A stretch of 30,104 nt of DNA from a virus (lineage: Duplodnaviria > Caudoviricetes): the IMG/VR virus record IMGVR_UViG_3300025830_000018, positions 1 through 30,104 of that record; one strand, 5' to 3'. Position 1 is the first letter of the stretch. Each line of letters starts with the position of its first letter. Made by a program: the position numbers and the translations under genes. Under the pieces are notes generated by a model. That model was not told where the DNA came from and did not search any database. It saw nothing but the letters and a program-made list of their open reading frames with translations. Shown here piece after piece: positions 8,827 through 20,300 of the stretch.

Positions 8827-10011
8827 ATGGCAAAAGATGAAAACGTCAAGATAGACGAAAAAAACGCCGAGTCACCACAAGGTGATGCTAAGGTAAAAAA
8901 ACCTCGTCTTAAAAAGTTTCAACAAGATGATACACCTATAAAGGTAAATCTTGCTGAACCTAAAGAAGAAGAGGTTAAAGAAGAACAACCTAAAGAAGAA
9001 GTGAAACAAGAGGAAAAACCTGTTGTTGAAGAGATAGTAGAAGAGAAGAAAGAAGAGGTTGTTGAAGAGAAAGAAGCTCCAGTTTTAGAAGAAATAACTG
9101 ACGAGAAAGTAGAAGAAAAGGTAGAAGAAGTACAGGAAGCAGTTGAAGAGGCGATTGAAAAAGCAGAAGAAGCTGGGGAAGAGTTACCAGAAAACATCCA
9201 AAAGCTTATGAAGTTTATGGAAGAAACTGGTGGTGATCTTGAGGATTATGTTAAATTAAATCAAGACTATAGTAAGTTTGATGACACAGCGTTATTAAGA
9301 GAATACTATAAACAAACAAAACCACATCTAGCAAGTGATGAAGTAGATTTCTTAATGGAAGATAACTTTACTTACGACGATGAGGCTGATGATCCAAAAG
9401 ATATCAAGCGAAAGAAATTAGCGTTTAAAGAGCAAGTTGCCGACGCTAAAGCCCAATTAGACAGGCAAAAGTCTAAATACTATGAGGAAATTAACGCTGG
9501 TGTTAAGTTAACACCTGACCAACAAAAGGCTGTTGATTTTTTTAATAGATACAATGAAGAACGAAGTAAGCAGGATAAGATTGTAGAAAAACAAAAAACT
9601 ACATTTGATCAAAAAACTAAAGATGTATTTAATAAAAACTTTAAAGGTTTTGAATATAGCATAGGTGAGAAAAGATTTAGATTTAATGTTAAAGATGCAA
9701 GTAATGTCAAAGAGCAACAAGGTGATATTAATAATTTTGTTAACAAATTTGTTGACAACAAAAGTAATACCATATCTGATGCAAAAGGATATCACAAATC
9801 TTTGTTTACAGCAATGAACGCTGACGCTGTTGCGAATCATTTTTACGAACAAGGTAGAGCTGATGCTATAAAAGATAGTATCGCAAAAGCAAAAAATGTT
9901 AACATGGATCCTAGACAAGGTCTTGGTGAAGTTGAAGCAGGAGGCCTTAAAGTAAAAGTTTTACAAGACAACGATATGAGTTCATTTCGTTTTAAACCAA
10001 AATCAAAATAA
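8827..10011 (+). CDS. Putative capsid scaffolding protein
   Basis: 394 aa with a very acidic Glu-rich N-terminal half and a helical remainder, immediately upstream of the major capsid gene. Confidence 0.7.
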   Translation: MAKDENVKIDEKNAESPQGDAKVKKPRLKKFQQDDTPIKVNLAEPKEEEVKEEQPKEEVKQEEKPVVEEIVEEKKEEVVEEKEAPVLEEITDEKVEEKVEEVQEAVEEAIEKAEEAGEELPENIQKLMKFMEETGGDLEDYVKLNQDYSKFDDTALLREYYKQTKPHLASDEVDFLMEDNFTYDDEADDPKDIKRKKLAFKEQVADAKAQLDRQKSKYYEEINAGVKLTPDQQKAVDFFNRYNEERSKQDKIVEKQKTTFDQKTKDVFNKNFKGFEYSIGEKRFRFNVKDASNVKEQQGDINNFVNKFVDNKSNTISDAKGYHKSLFTAMNADAVANHFYEQGRADAIKDSIAKAKNVNMDPRQGLGEVEAGGLKVKVLQDNDMSSFRFKPKSK

Positions 10012-10039
10012 ATTTTAACAATTATAAATATAAATAATT

Positions 10040-11533
10040 ATGGCAGCAATTACTCCAACAGGTGGATCGGCGTTAAATAGCGTACCTTCACCAGTTAAAG
10101 CGGCAATAACTACTAACTATTTAGATTTTACATCTGGTAGTAATGACTGGTCTCAGCAGTACTTACCTGATCTAATTGAACAAGAAGCAGAAGTATATGG
10201 TAAAAGAACTATATCTGGTTTCTTATCGGCAATTGGGGCAGAAGAGGCAATGAGCTCAGATCAAGTGGTTTGGACAGAACAAGGTAGGTTACACCTTTCG
10301 TATAAAGTAACAGGATATGCAACAGGATCCAACACTGGTGACCTTACTTTAGGTGCGGCTCCAGGATCAAGCGCAGCAGCAGCAGCTACTCACGGTATCA
10401 GAATTGGTCAAACAGTTCTAGTATCTGATGGTCAAGCTAATGCAGTAGTATTTAGAGCGTTAGTAACGCACTTACCAGCAGGTAATAAAATCACAGTAGC
10501 TCCTTATACAACAGGTCATGCTTCAGGTGATATTGCAGATGTTTCAGGTATCAACACAACAACTCTAGCAGCAAGTGGTAGAGTATTTGTTTATGGTTCT
10601 GAATTTGGTAAGGGAACTAATGGTATGGGCGAAACTGCTGGTAACAACCCAGTTATGCCTCAGTTTAATACGTTTAACAACAAACCAATTATCTTAAAAG
10701 ATCATTATTCAATTTCTGGATCTGATACTTCAAGAATCGGTTGGGTTGAAGTTGGCGCAGAAGACGGTACTTCAGGATACTTATGGTATCTAAAAGCAGA
10801 AGCTGAAACTAGATTAAGGTTTGCTGATTATCTTGAAATGTCTCTTTTAGAGTCAGAAAAAGGTACAGTCGGTGGATCGGTAGCAGATTCAACAATTAAC
10901 GGTGCAGGAGAATCATTCGGTACTGAAGGTTTGTTTAAAGCTATCACTACAAGAGGTCATGTGACTTCAGGTATTGCAGGAACTAGTGCAGTAGATGACT
11001 TAGGATCTTTTGATGAGATTCTTAAAAAGTTTGACGAGCAAGGTGCTATTGAAGAGTACATGCTTTATTGTAACAGAACAGTATCATTAGCAATTGATGA
11101 TATGTTAGCAGCTCAGAACTCTTACGGGTCTGGTGGTACATCTTACGGTGTATTCAGCAACTCTGAGGATATGGCATTGAATTTAGGTTTCTCTGGATTT
11201 AGAAGAGCATCATATGACTTCTACAAATCAGATTGGAGATATTTAAATGATATTTCATTAAGAGGTCAAGACGCTTTCAATGATATCAGAGGTGTTTTAA
11301 TCCCAGCTGGTACTTCAACAGTATATGATGAAGTAGTTGGTAGAAGCATGCGAAGACCTTTCTTACACGTAAGATATAGAGCTTCACAAACTGATGACAG
11401 GAGAATGAAAACATGGATAACAGGTTCAGTAGGTGGAAACATCACATCTGATCTTGATGCTATGGAAATCAACTTCTTATCAGAAAGATGTCTAGTAGTA
11501 CAAGGAGCTAATAACTTCATGTTACTTAACTAA
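10040..11533 (+). CDS. Major capsid protein (HK97 fold with insertion domain)
   Basis: 497 aa. WSQQYLPDL..EAEVYG.RTISGFL, WTEQGRLH, NKPIILKD.Y.ISGSD, TEGLF, LSERCL. Follows the scaffold and is followed by a strong terminator. Confidence 0.88.
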   Translation: MAAITPTGGSALNSVPSPVKAAITTNYLDFTSGSNDWSQQYLPDLIEQEAEVYGKRTISGFLSAIGAEEAMSSDQVVWTEQGRLHLSYKVTGYATGSNTGDLTLGAAPGSSAAAAATHGIRIGQTVLVSDGQANAVVFRALVTHLPAGNKITVAPYTTGHASGDIADVSGINTTTLAASGRVFVYGSEFGKGTNGMGETAGNNPVMPQFNTFNNKPIILKDHYSISGSDTSRIGWVEVGAEDGTSGYLWYLKAEAETRLRFADYLEMSLLESEKGTVGGSVADSTINGAGESFGTEGLFKAITTRGHVTSGIAGTSAVDDLGSFDEILKKFDEQGAIEEYMLYCNRTVSLAIDDMLAAQNSYGSGGTSYGVFSNSEDMALNLGFSGFRRASYDFYKSDWRYLNDISLRGQDAFNDIRGVLIPAGTSTVYDEVVGRSMRRPFLHVRYRASQTDDRRMKTWITGSVGGNITSDLDAMEINFLSERCLVVQGANNFMLLN

Positions 11534-11541
11534 TACTTTTT

Positions 11542-11584
11542 AAAAGAGTTAGGCGCTTCGGCGCCTAGCCCTTTTTATTTTTTT
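11542..11584 (+). terminator. Rho-independent terminator after the capsid gene
   Basis: TAGGCGC-TTCG-GCGCCTA stem (11550-11567) with a C(UUCG)G loop, followed by CTTTTTATTTTTTT. Confidence 0.9.
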
Positions 11585-11605
11585 AATATTTAATTTTATT
11601 ATATC

Positions 11606-12406
11606 ATGGCAAAAAAACAAACAAAAAAAGCGGTAGCTATAGAAGAACCTGTAGTTGCTGTAAAAGAACAACCTAAGAAAAAAGATTCTTGGGAAATGAA
11701 GGATAGGAATTACTATTTACTTAGAGATTTAAATCCTTTAACATACACTATAAGATCAAGAGGTATATTTTATTTTGATGAAGAGAAAGGATATGAGAGG
11801 GAGTTAAAATATACAATCAACCAAAGAACACCATTTGTAGATGAGTTCAAAGGTGATGCAAGACTTGGTCATATTGTATTTGAAAATGGTGCACTATATG
11901 TACCAAAAGAAAAACAAACATTACAGAAACTATTATCACTATATCATCCAGATAGAAACACTTTGTTCCAAGAACAAAACTTAGTTAAAGAAGCTGAAGA
12001 TGATATGGATTACCTTAACTTAGAAATAGAAGCTTTAAATCTAGCTAGAGACATGGACGTTGATAGAGCAGAAGCAATACTAAGAACAGAACAAGGTAGT
12101 GAAGTTTCAAAGTTAACTTCTAAAGAACTAAGAAGAGACATATTAGTGTTTGCTAAACAAAATGCAGAATTGCTTATTGAGTTAGCAAATGATGAAAATG
12201 TTCAGCTTAGAAACTTTGGAATCAAGTGTGTTGAATTAGGATTAATAACTTTATCTGGAGACAACAGGGTCTTTACATGGGCCAAGACAGGTAGAAAAGT
12301 TATGAATGTTCCTTTTGATGAACATCCATATTCAGCTTTAGCAGCTTGGTTTAAAACCGATGAAGGTTTAGAAGCTTACAACAATTTAGAAAAAAGATTA
12401 AGCTAA
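11606..12406 (+). CDS. Hypothetical protein downstream of the capsid gene
   Basis: 266 aa, good leader, globular composition. No catalytic motif recognised. Confidence 0.8.
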   Translation: MAKKQTKKAVAIEEPVVAVKEQPKKKDSWEMKDRNYYLLRDLNPLTYTIRSRGIFYFDEEKGYERELKYTINQRTPFVDEFKGDARLGHIVFENGALYVPKEKQTLQKLLSLYHPDRNTLFQEQNLVKEAEDDMDYLNLEIEALNLARDMDVDRAEAILRTEQGSEVSKLTSKELRRDILVFAKQNAELLIELANDENVQLRNFGIKCVELGLITLSGDNRVFTWAKTGRKVMNVPFDEHPYSALAAWFKTDEGLEAYNNLEKRLS

Positions 12407-12416
12407 TTAATCACTT

Positions 12417-12452
12417 TATAGAGTAGTCACTCTATTGGGTGACTACACTATA
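12417..12452 (+). promoter_or_regulatory. Intergenic stem-loop without a U-tract (possible processing/stability element)
   Basis: GTAGTCACTC-TATT-GGGTGACTAC (12423-12446, one G-U pair), extended by TATAG/CTATA after an A-A mismatch. Confidence 0.6.
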
Positions 12453-12464
12453 TAAAAAGAAATT

Positions 12465-13199
12465 ATGGCAGTAAATATAAACACGGTATATACTAGAGTT
12501 CAGTCAATTGCAAACAAAGAGCAAAGAGGTTATCTTACGCCTATTGAATACAACAGATTTGCAAATCAAGCACAATTAGAAATATTTGAACAGTACTTTT
12601 TTGATTTAGATCAGTATCTAAGAAGACCAGGTAATGACACTAGACATGCAGACTCTGTAACTAGTTTACAAGAAAAAATAGCATTGTTTGAGGTTTTTGA
12701 CACTGATTTAGGTTCATACAGTAGTGGTTATAGTTTACCCGCAGCTCTTCATAAACTATCAACAGTTGAATACTATGTCAGCTCTACAGAAGCTCATGAG
12801 TGTGAAACTGTAACAAAAAAAGATTTTAGATTATTATTAAAGAGTAATATATTATTACCTACAGATACAAATCCTATATACACAAGAACAGGAAATACAA
12901 TTAAAGTTTACAAAGGCAAAGCAACAACACCATTTTACGAAGAACTAACAACAGCATCAAAGGTTAAAGTTGATTATATAAAACAACCTACAACAGTTAA
13001 CTGGGCTTATTATTTAGATGCAAACAACGATGCTTTATATAACGCAACAGGATCAACTAACTTTGAGTTACACGGATCAGAAGAACCAGCTTTAGTTATT
13101 AAAATATTAGAACTAGCAGGTGTCGCAATGAAGTCAACTGATGTTTACCAAATAGGTGACAAAGAAAATATTGAAGATATACAACAACAAAAAGGATAA
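12465..13199 (+). CDS. Head-tail adaptor / tail tubular (ring) protein
   Basis: 244 aa. ANKEQRGYLTPIEYNRFANQAQ N-terminal helices, then VDYIKQP..VNWAY and FELH.SEE..LVIKILELAG. Adaptor-like helix-beta-helix layout, in the tail region. Confidence 0.7.
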   Translation: MAVNINTVYTRVQSIANKEQRGYLTPIEYNRFANQAQLEIFEQYFFDLDQYLRRPGNDTRHADSVTSLQEKIALFEVFDTDLGSYSSGYSLPAALHKLSTVEYYVSSTEAHECETVTKKDFRLLLKSNILLPTDTNPIYTRTGNTIKVYKGKATTPFYEELTTASKVKVDYIKQPTTVNWAYYLDANNDALYNATGSTNFELHGSEEPALVIKILELAGVAMKSTDVYQIGDKENIEDIQQQKG

Positions 13200-13203
13200 T
13201 TAA

Positions 13204-14364
13204 ATGGCAGGATTATTTCAAAAAACACAAGAAGCATATTACCAACAAAGTCAAAGTACTTTTAGTACAGAGCCAAATGGTAGTCAACGAGCGTTTACTT
13301 TAACAACTGTTTTCTTTCCTAGCATACCAAGTGCTAAGACAGATATCAGAGTTTTTGTTAACAGCGTTGAAATAGATACTGATAATTATAGTTACGATGG
13401 ATCTACGGGTGTAATAACTTTTTCAGGTAATACAAACAACACTAATGAGCTTGAAAGTAATGGAGCACCAAAAGCAAATGCTACATTAAGAGTACAAGAA
13501 AGAGCATTAGGTGAAAGCTTTGGTACATATCAATACGTTTCATTAGATGATGTTGTAAATAACTTTTTAATAGCTTATGTAGGTGAAAACAAAGTAATAC
13601 CAAAAGTAAAAAGAACAGATGTTTTATTTCATGCTAGAAGAGGTTTAGCTGAGTTTAGTTATGACACTTTAAAATCTAGAAAATCACAAGAAATAGATGT
13701 GCCACCATCTCTTATAATACCTCTACCTCATGATTATGTTAATTATGTTGGTTTACAATTAGTTGATGGACAAGGTATATATAAAAGATTATACCCTACA
13801 AGATATACAAATAACCCCACATCTTTATTACAAGATGATAATTACGATTATCTATTTGATGGTGATGGCAATGCTTTAACAAAATCACCTTCAGAAGCAT
13901 GGAATAAATTTAAAGAAGCAAACAACACAGGTACAGAAACAACATCAAGATCATTGAATCTTAGTGACGACACAGATATAGAATTTAGGTTTAATGAAGG
14001 TAAACGATATGGAATATCACCAGAGTTTGCACAGGATAACGGTACTTTTTATATTGATGAGGTACAAGGTAGAATACACTTAAGTGGTGATTGTAGTGGC
14101 CATCATTTAGTTATTAATTATATATCAGACACATTAGGAACTGATGGTGAAATGCAAATACATAAGTTTGCTGAAGAAGCTTTATATAAACATATAGCAT
14201 ATGCAATAGCTAGCACACACACTTCAGTTCAACCAACATACGTTGCTTTATTAAAAAAAGAAAGATTTGCAGCACTACGTAATGCTAAAATAAGATTATC
14301 AAATCTTAAATCAGAGGAGTTAGCTCAGATAATGAGAAACAAATCTAAATGGATTAAACGCTAA
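13204..14364 (+). CDS. Ring/tail tubular structural protein with an extra N-terminal beta domain
   Basis: 386 aa. Core LDDVVNNF...LPHDYVNYV...VINYISD...IHKFAEEALYKHI, preceded by about 100 aa of beta-sandwich-like sequence. Confidence 0.65.
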   Translation: MAGLFQKTQEAYYQQSQSTFSTEPNGSQRAFTLTTVFFPSIPSAKTDIRVFVNSVEIDTDNYSYDGSTGVITFSGNTNNTNELESNGAPKANATLRVQERALGESFGTYQYVSLDDVVNNFLIAYVGENKVIPKVKRTDVLFHARRGLAEFSYDTLKSRKSQEIDVPPSLIIPLPHDYVNYVGLQLVDGQGIYKRLYPTRYTNNPTSLLQDDNYDYLFDGDGNALTKSPSEAWNKFKEANNTGTETTSRSLNLSDDTDIEFRFNEGKRYGISPEFAQDNGTFYIDEVQGRIHLSGDCSGHHLVINYISDTLGTDGEMQIHKFAEEALYKHIAYAIASTHTSVQPTYVALLKKERFAALRNAKIRLSNLKSEELAQIMRNKSKWIKR

Positions 14365-14370
14365 TAGAAT

Positions 14371-17300
14371 ATGCCAGAGTTTAGACGAGAATTTTTAAAA
14401 TCCAAGATGAATAAAGACTTGGATGAAAGACTAGTACCACCAGGTGAATACAGAGACGCCTTAAACATTGAAGTTTCAACATCAGAAACTTCTGATGCTT
14501 TTGCTATAGAAGCGTCAAATGGTAATTCTAAAATAACAGCATCAACAGTCTTTGATGGCTACACTAACCCTAAATGTATTGGAGCAGCGAGAGATACGGA
14601 GAATAACAAGATATATTGGTTTGTTACGTCTGATAATAAAGATGCTATATTAGAATACGACGCAAACTCAAGCGTAGTATCACCTGTTGCTGTTGCTGTT
14701 AAGGCAACTAGCGATGTTTTTAAGTTTAGTGAAAACTTTTTAATAACAGGTATAAACATAATTGATGATCTATTATTCTTTACTGACGACAACTCTGAAC
14801 CAAAAAAATTAAATATAAATAGATTTAAAGCAGCTACTAATGGTGACTTTGATACGCATACACAAATATATGGTGGTAATTTATTGGAAGAACATGTTAC
14901 TACAATAAAGAAATATCCTAAGTCTTCACCAAATTTATCTATAAAAAGAACATTAAGAGATGGTATAGTTGATTCAACTTTTATAGATACAGATGGAGAT
15001 AAGTTTGTTGAAGCTGATGAGTCAACAACACCAAAAGCTATAGGTAGTGAGATTGTTTTAGTTTTGTCAGGTCAACCAGATTATAAAGAAAATGACATAT
15101 TAAAGGTTACAACAACTGATAACTCAACTGTATATACAGCAAGAGTTAGCATTAAGTCTATAGATGATATAAGCAGCACTAGTCAAACAATAACAGTTAT
15201 ATTATTATCAACGTCAGATGAAATGTTAAGCTCTGATAAACAATTGTGGAACATTGAGCTTGAAGAAGGTGATTCATTTTTTCAAGATAAGTTTCCTAGG
15301 TTCGCGTATAGGTGGAAATATAACGATGGTGAGTATTCTGCATTTTCACCTTTTACAGGTGTAGCGTTTATACCTGATGACGAAGATTTTATATACAACA
15401 TGGAAGAAGGCCATAATGTTAATATGGTTAACAACGTTAGAAAAATTACTTTAAATACTTTTGACACGTTACCAGCTGATGTAATAGAAGTTGATGTGTT
15501 ATATAAAGAATCTAACGCCGCTAATATTTATTTAGTTTCTACATTAAAAAATAAAGAAAAGTCTATAACAATCACGTCTGAACAAATAGAAAAAACTATT
15601 GAATCAAATCAATCATTAAGACCTTATGATAATGTACCACGTAAAGCTAAAGCGCAAGAGATTACAGCTGGTAGATTAATGTATGGTAACTACCTTCAAA
15701 ACAATACATTTAGAGAAGCTGTTAAAATAAAATTAACAAATACGCCTACAGAGGTTGATAGGGACTCACCTCAACCATCTGCTAAAAGCTTACGAACATA
15801 TCAAGTTGGTGTTGTTTACTTAGACGAGTTTGGTAGACAGTCACCTGTTTTTACTGGCACAGATAGTTCTTTAAAATTAGATGGAACGTACGCCGATAAA
15901 AAGAATACGTTAAAAGCAAAGATTAATTCTGATGCACCATCTTGGGCAACTCATTATAAGTATTACATAAAAGAAAATTCAAACGAGTATTATAACGTTA
16001 TAATGGACAGGTTTTATGAGGGTGAAGAAGATAACTTCTGGTTAAGTTTTCCATCATCAGAAAGAAACAAGCTAACAGAAGATGATTACTTGATACTTAA
16101 AAAACAAAACGGTAAAAACGTTGCGTTTGATCCAGATGAATATGGTTTTAAATCTAAGAAATATAAAATATTAGACATACAAAACAGTCCACCAGAATTT
16201 ATAGCAAAGAAAAAAGAGTTAGTTGGTGAATTATCTGATGCTAGTACATTATTTCCAAATACATTAGTTGGTCATCCACGTGAAGGTTTTAGAACGTTTA
16301 GAGTTGCTGGTGATAAAATAGGTATTGATGATAGCGAGTTAAGAGATTTAGCTAGTAACGATAACTTCTTTAATCAAAATAAGTTTATACGTATTACAGA
16401 CATAACAGACGTGCGTGCTAGTAATTATTATCAAATAGAAAAGGTAACTAAGTTTGATAATAGCGGTGGTAGTGATTTTAATGACGCTGATGATTACTAT
16501 GAGTTTACGTTAGTAAAAAAGTTTGGTGCTGATGTTAACTGGGTAGGTACAAAGGATAGCAGAGTTAGTGGTTTAAAGTTACAGTTATTTTCTGAAGAAG
16601 TAATAATACAAAACGAAGAGTTTTCGGGTAGATTTTTTGTAAAGCTAAAACGTGATGATGTTATAGCAGAGAATATATTTGGTGGACCATCTGATGAGTT
16701 TGATCAAGTGGCTGAAGCTAAATTTAAATTGTTTGACTTTAACGACAGTAAGGCTGCTACTAAAACATTAACATCTAAACAGGCTGATACTAACATACTA
16801 TATATAGATGATGCAAGAAGAAGTGATTTTGCTGGTGCTGGTTTTGTTATAGAACATGACTTAGATAAAAGCGGTAACAAGCCAACGGGTGATTTGGCAG
16901 CTGGCACAGCAGCATTTACTGTCAAAGGAGCTAACGGTAAATTTGTAGAAGAAAATACAGTTGTTGGTCCTAAAAAAGGTAATAACAGATTAACGCTACG
17001 TTATATAGATTACGGCGATGATAGAAAAAATTCAGATACTACAGCGCCAAAAGAAAGAGACTTTACAGCAAGAGACGATGAGAATAAAAGAATAACAGGT
17101 CAAACTGACTTTCAGTTTCATGAAATGCTACGTGGACAAAAGGGAATATATTTATCTTTTGCCGGTGATCCTAATCAACATAGGATAAGAATTAGAAGTA
17201 TAAAATTAAGCTCTGTAAGAAACTTTAACTCTACAAGGAGGCATGCTAGTAGTGCAAATAGAGGTATAAGATATGATATAGTTTTAGAATCACCAATTGT

Positions 17301-20300
17301 ATGGGGGCCATTAGCATCACAAACTGGTGGTACTGATGGTGGTAACTTACGTGTAGATGGTTTAGGTACTGGCCAAGTGTTTCCAATAAGAAAAAGACTT
17401 AATTATGCTACAATAAAGCTATGGAGAAAAAGGACTAATCAAGTTCAAAAGAAAACTGGTAACCCTGCTGTGTGGGAAACAGAACCAAAACCTTCTATAG
17501 TTGATCTTGATTTATATTACGAGGCAAGTGACGCTTACGCAATAGCAGACCATGGTACCGAGCAAAACCTAGGTAACAATAGAAACGGCAGTAAGATATG
17601 GTATAACTGTTTTAGTTTTGGTAACGGTGTTGAATCAGATCGAATTAGAGATGACTTTAATGGCATACGTTTTGATAAAGGTGCTACCGCATCAGCAACA
17701 CTTGATGAGCCTTTTGCAGAAGAAAGAAGAAAATCAAGCATAATATACTCAGGTGTATTTAACTCTACAAGTGGTGTTAATAAACTAAATCAATTTATAC
17801 AAGCAGAAAAAATAACAAAAGATTTAAATGATGCGTATGGCTCTATACAGAAGCTGCATAGTAGAGATAATGACATTACCGTTTTATGTGAGGATAAAGT
17901 ATTAAAAGTACTAGCTAATAAAGATGCTATATTTGAAGCAGACGGTGACTCTAGATTAGTGTCAACAAATAATGTTTTAGGTCAAGCAGTACCTTACGCT
18001 GGTGACTTTGGTATAAGTAAAAATCCAGAATCATTTGCTGACTTTAGCTTTAGAAGCTATTTCTCTGATAAAGATCGAGGTAAAGTGTTAAGATTATCAA
18101 TTGATGGTTTAACTGATATCTCTGGTAAAGGTATGGGTGATTACTTTAGTGATAACTTATCGTTAGCTGATACTGTTATTGGTAATTACAACGAAGATAA
18201 TAATAGCTATAACATAACATTAAATAATGACACTGTTAGTTTTAAAGAGGCTGTAGACGGTTGGCCAAGTAGAAAGTCTTACATACCAGAATATGGTATA
18301 TCACTTAACAATACTTACTACACGTTTAACAACGGTGATCTTTATGAACACACTAATGACGTTAATAAGAATACATTTTATGGGGCTGCACAAGCAGACT
18401 CAACCATAGACGTTCTATTTAATGAAAATAGAAACGCTATAAAGAAATTTAAAACGCTAAATTACGAAGGTGATAGTGGCTGGGTAGCAGATGAAATAAC
18501 AACAGATCAAGAGACTGGCGCTGACGTTAGTTTTAAAGCAAAGGAAAACAAGTACTTTGCACATATGAAACATGTTAAGAAACATAAAGTTACAATTGAC
18601 ATAGGTAACAGTGATGGCGGTAATATAATAATACCTGATGGTCAAAACATTAATATACTACCTGGTGCAACAGCTTCAACCTCATTTACATTTATTGTGA
18701 AACCAAAATCAGGTTATAAGTTTGATTCAGCGTTTACATTTGGAAGTTTTAATGAAAATTATTTAGTACCTCATCTCACAGAAGCATCAATAAATTCAGA
18801 TGGTAATATGGTTATTGCTACGCAATTAAGTAGCTTTAAAATGATACCTGAAAATATTGAATTAGATTTACCACTTGTAACGTCAGGTAAAATATCTACT
18901 AACTCATTTACTTTAGCTGGTACGTTCAATAAGACAATACAAAATTCTTCTGTAAATGACATTAATGGTGGTGGTACTATATCAGCAGGCGCAGCAGATG
19001 GTTCGTCATGGACTACTTCTGGTACTAGTAATACAAGTACAACTTTAATGAATATATTAGTTACGCCTCACTCTAACCACGAATTTACAGATGATAATCT
19101 ACCACAACTAATTGTGACTGGTGAAATTAATGATAACTACGAAATAACTGGACCTACAGCTCAAGCCAACGGTTATACATTTAAAGTTGTTGGGTCAAGG
19201 GTTAATAAAAATCTTACAGCAGAAAATATTAAATTAATATCTAAACCAAATAAAGCTGTTAGTCTTGAGACTAATGCTATATGGGGCGCAGATATATCAC
19301 AAGAAGATTTTGCTAAGGATGAAGAAGAAAGAGAGATAATAGTTAGAGGATCTGTTGGCGCACAAGTTTTGTTAGGAGCAAGTATTGTATCTTCAACAGG
19401 TACTGACCTTGCTATTAATATATTAAACGGTAGTGGCTTTTCAACAGGTCAAAAGACGTTAACAATAGGTGATAACGGTGAAGCAAAAGCAATAATAAAG
19501 GTAACAGCTAACGGCACAAGTGGAAGACGAAACGTGTTTATATTACTTAGCGAAACTACAGGTTACGTAATAACAGATGAGTTTGATAACTCTGATGGCG
19601 CAGATGATTCTAAAGTATTATACACTATACCGCAGACATTGTTAGTACATATTAGTGGTTTTATGTTAGTAGCAGCGTCTCTAACGCCGCATAGTTCTTT
19701 TGGTTCACTACCAGCTGGACCAGCAAACAGTACGCAGCATACCCTAAGCTTAACAAACAATTCAATAATAGGTACAAGTGTAGGTACAGGTGTACAAATG
19801 CATAACGTGGCTGCTTCTACTAGTCCAATGCGACTACCTGCTAATACAGAGTTTCCTACAGAAAACAATATATTCGAGCAGACGTTTTCTCTTGCAAGAG
19901 ATAATTCCGGTGACAGTGATAGTAGAATTGTTAAAGTAGATGACCTTGATATAGAAAATGACTTCTTAAAAACTGATGGTACAAACGCTTATGATTCTAG
20001 CACCGGTAATCTTATATTAGCTAACGGTAGTATATTACAAGTTATTGATCATAGATATGGTGTTATTGGTAGTGGTGGTAGAGGCGCTATAATTATACAA
20101 TTTGAAATACTTAAATATGGTACAGCTGATGACTACGTTGTTTTAAAAACACAGAACGTACTTAATTTATCTCAAAATGTTGGTGGCTCAGGTTCTACAG
20201 TGTCAACAGTAACTTTAACTGGAAATCCAACTACTTATATAGCTGCTGATATAGATGAAAGAGCTGGTAATGTATTTGCTACAAAAGCAAATAACGATCC

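Noticed and set aside
11515-11545. Programmed frameshift or extension of the capsid protein
   Set aside because: No slippery heptamer before the TAA. The T/A run lies after the stop and a terminator follows.
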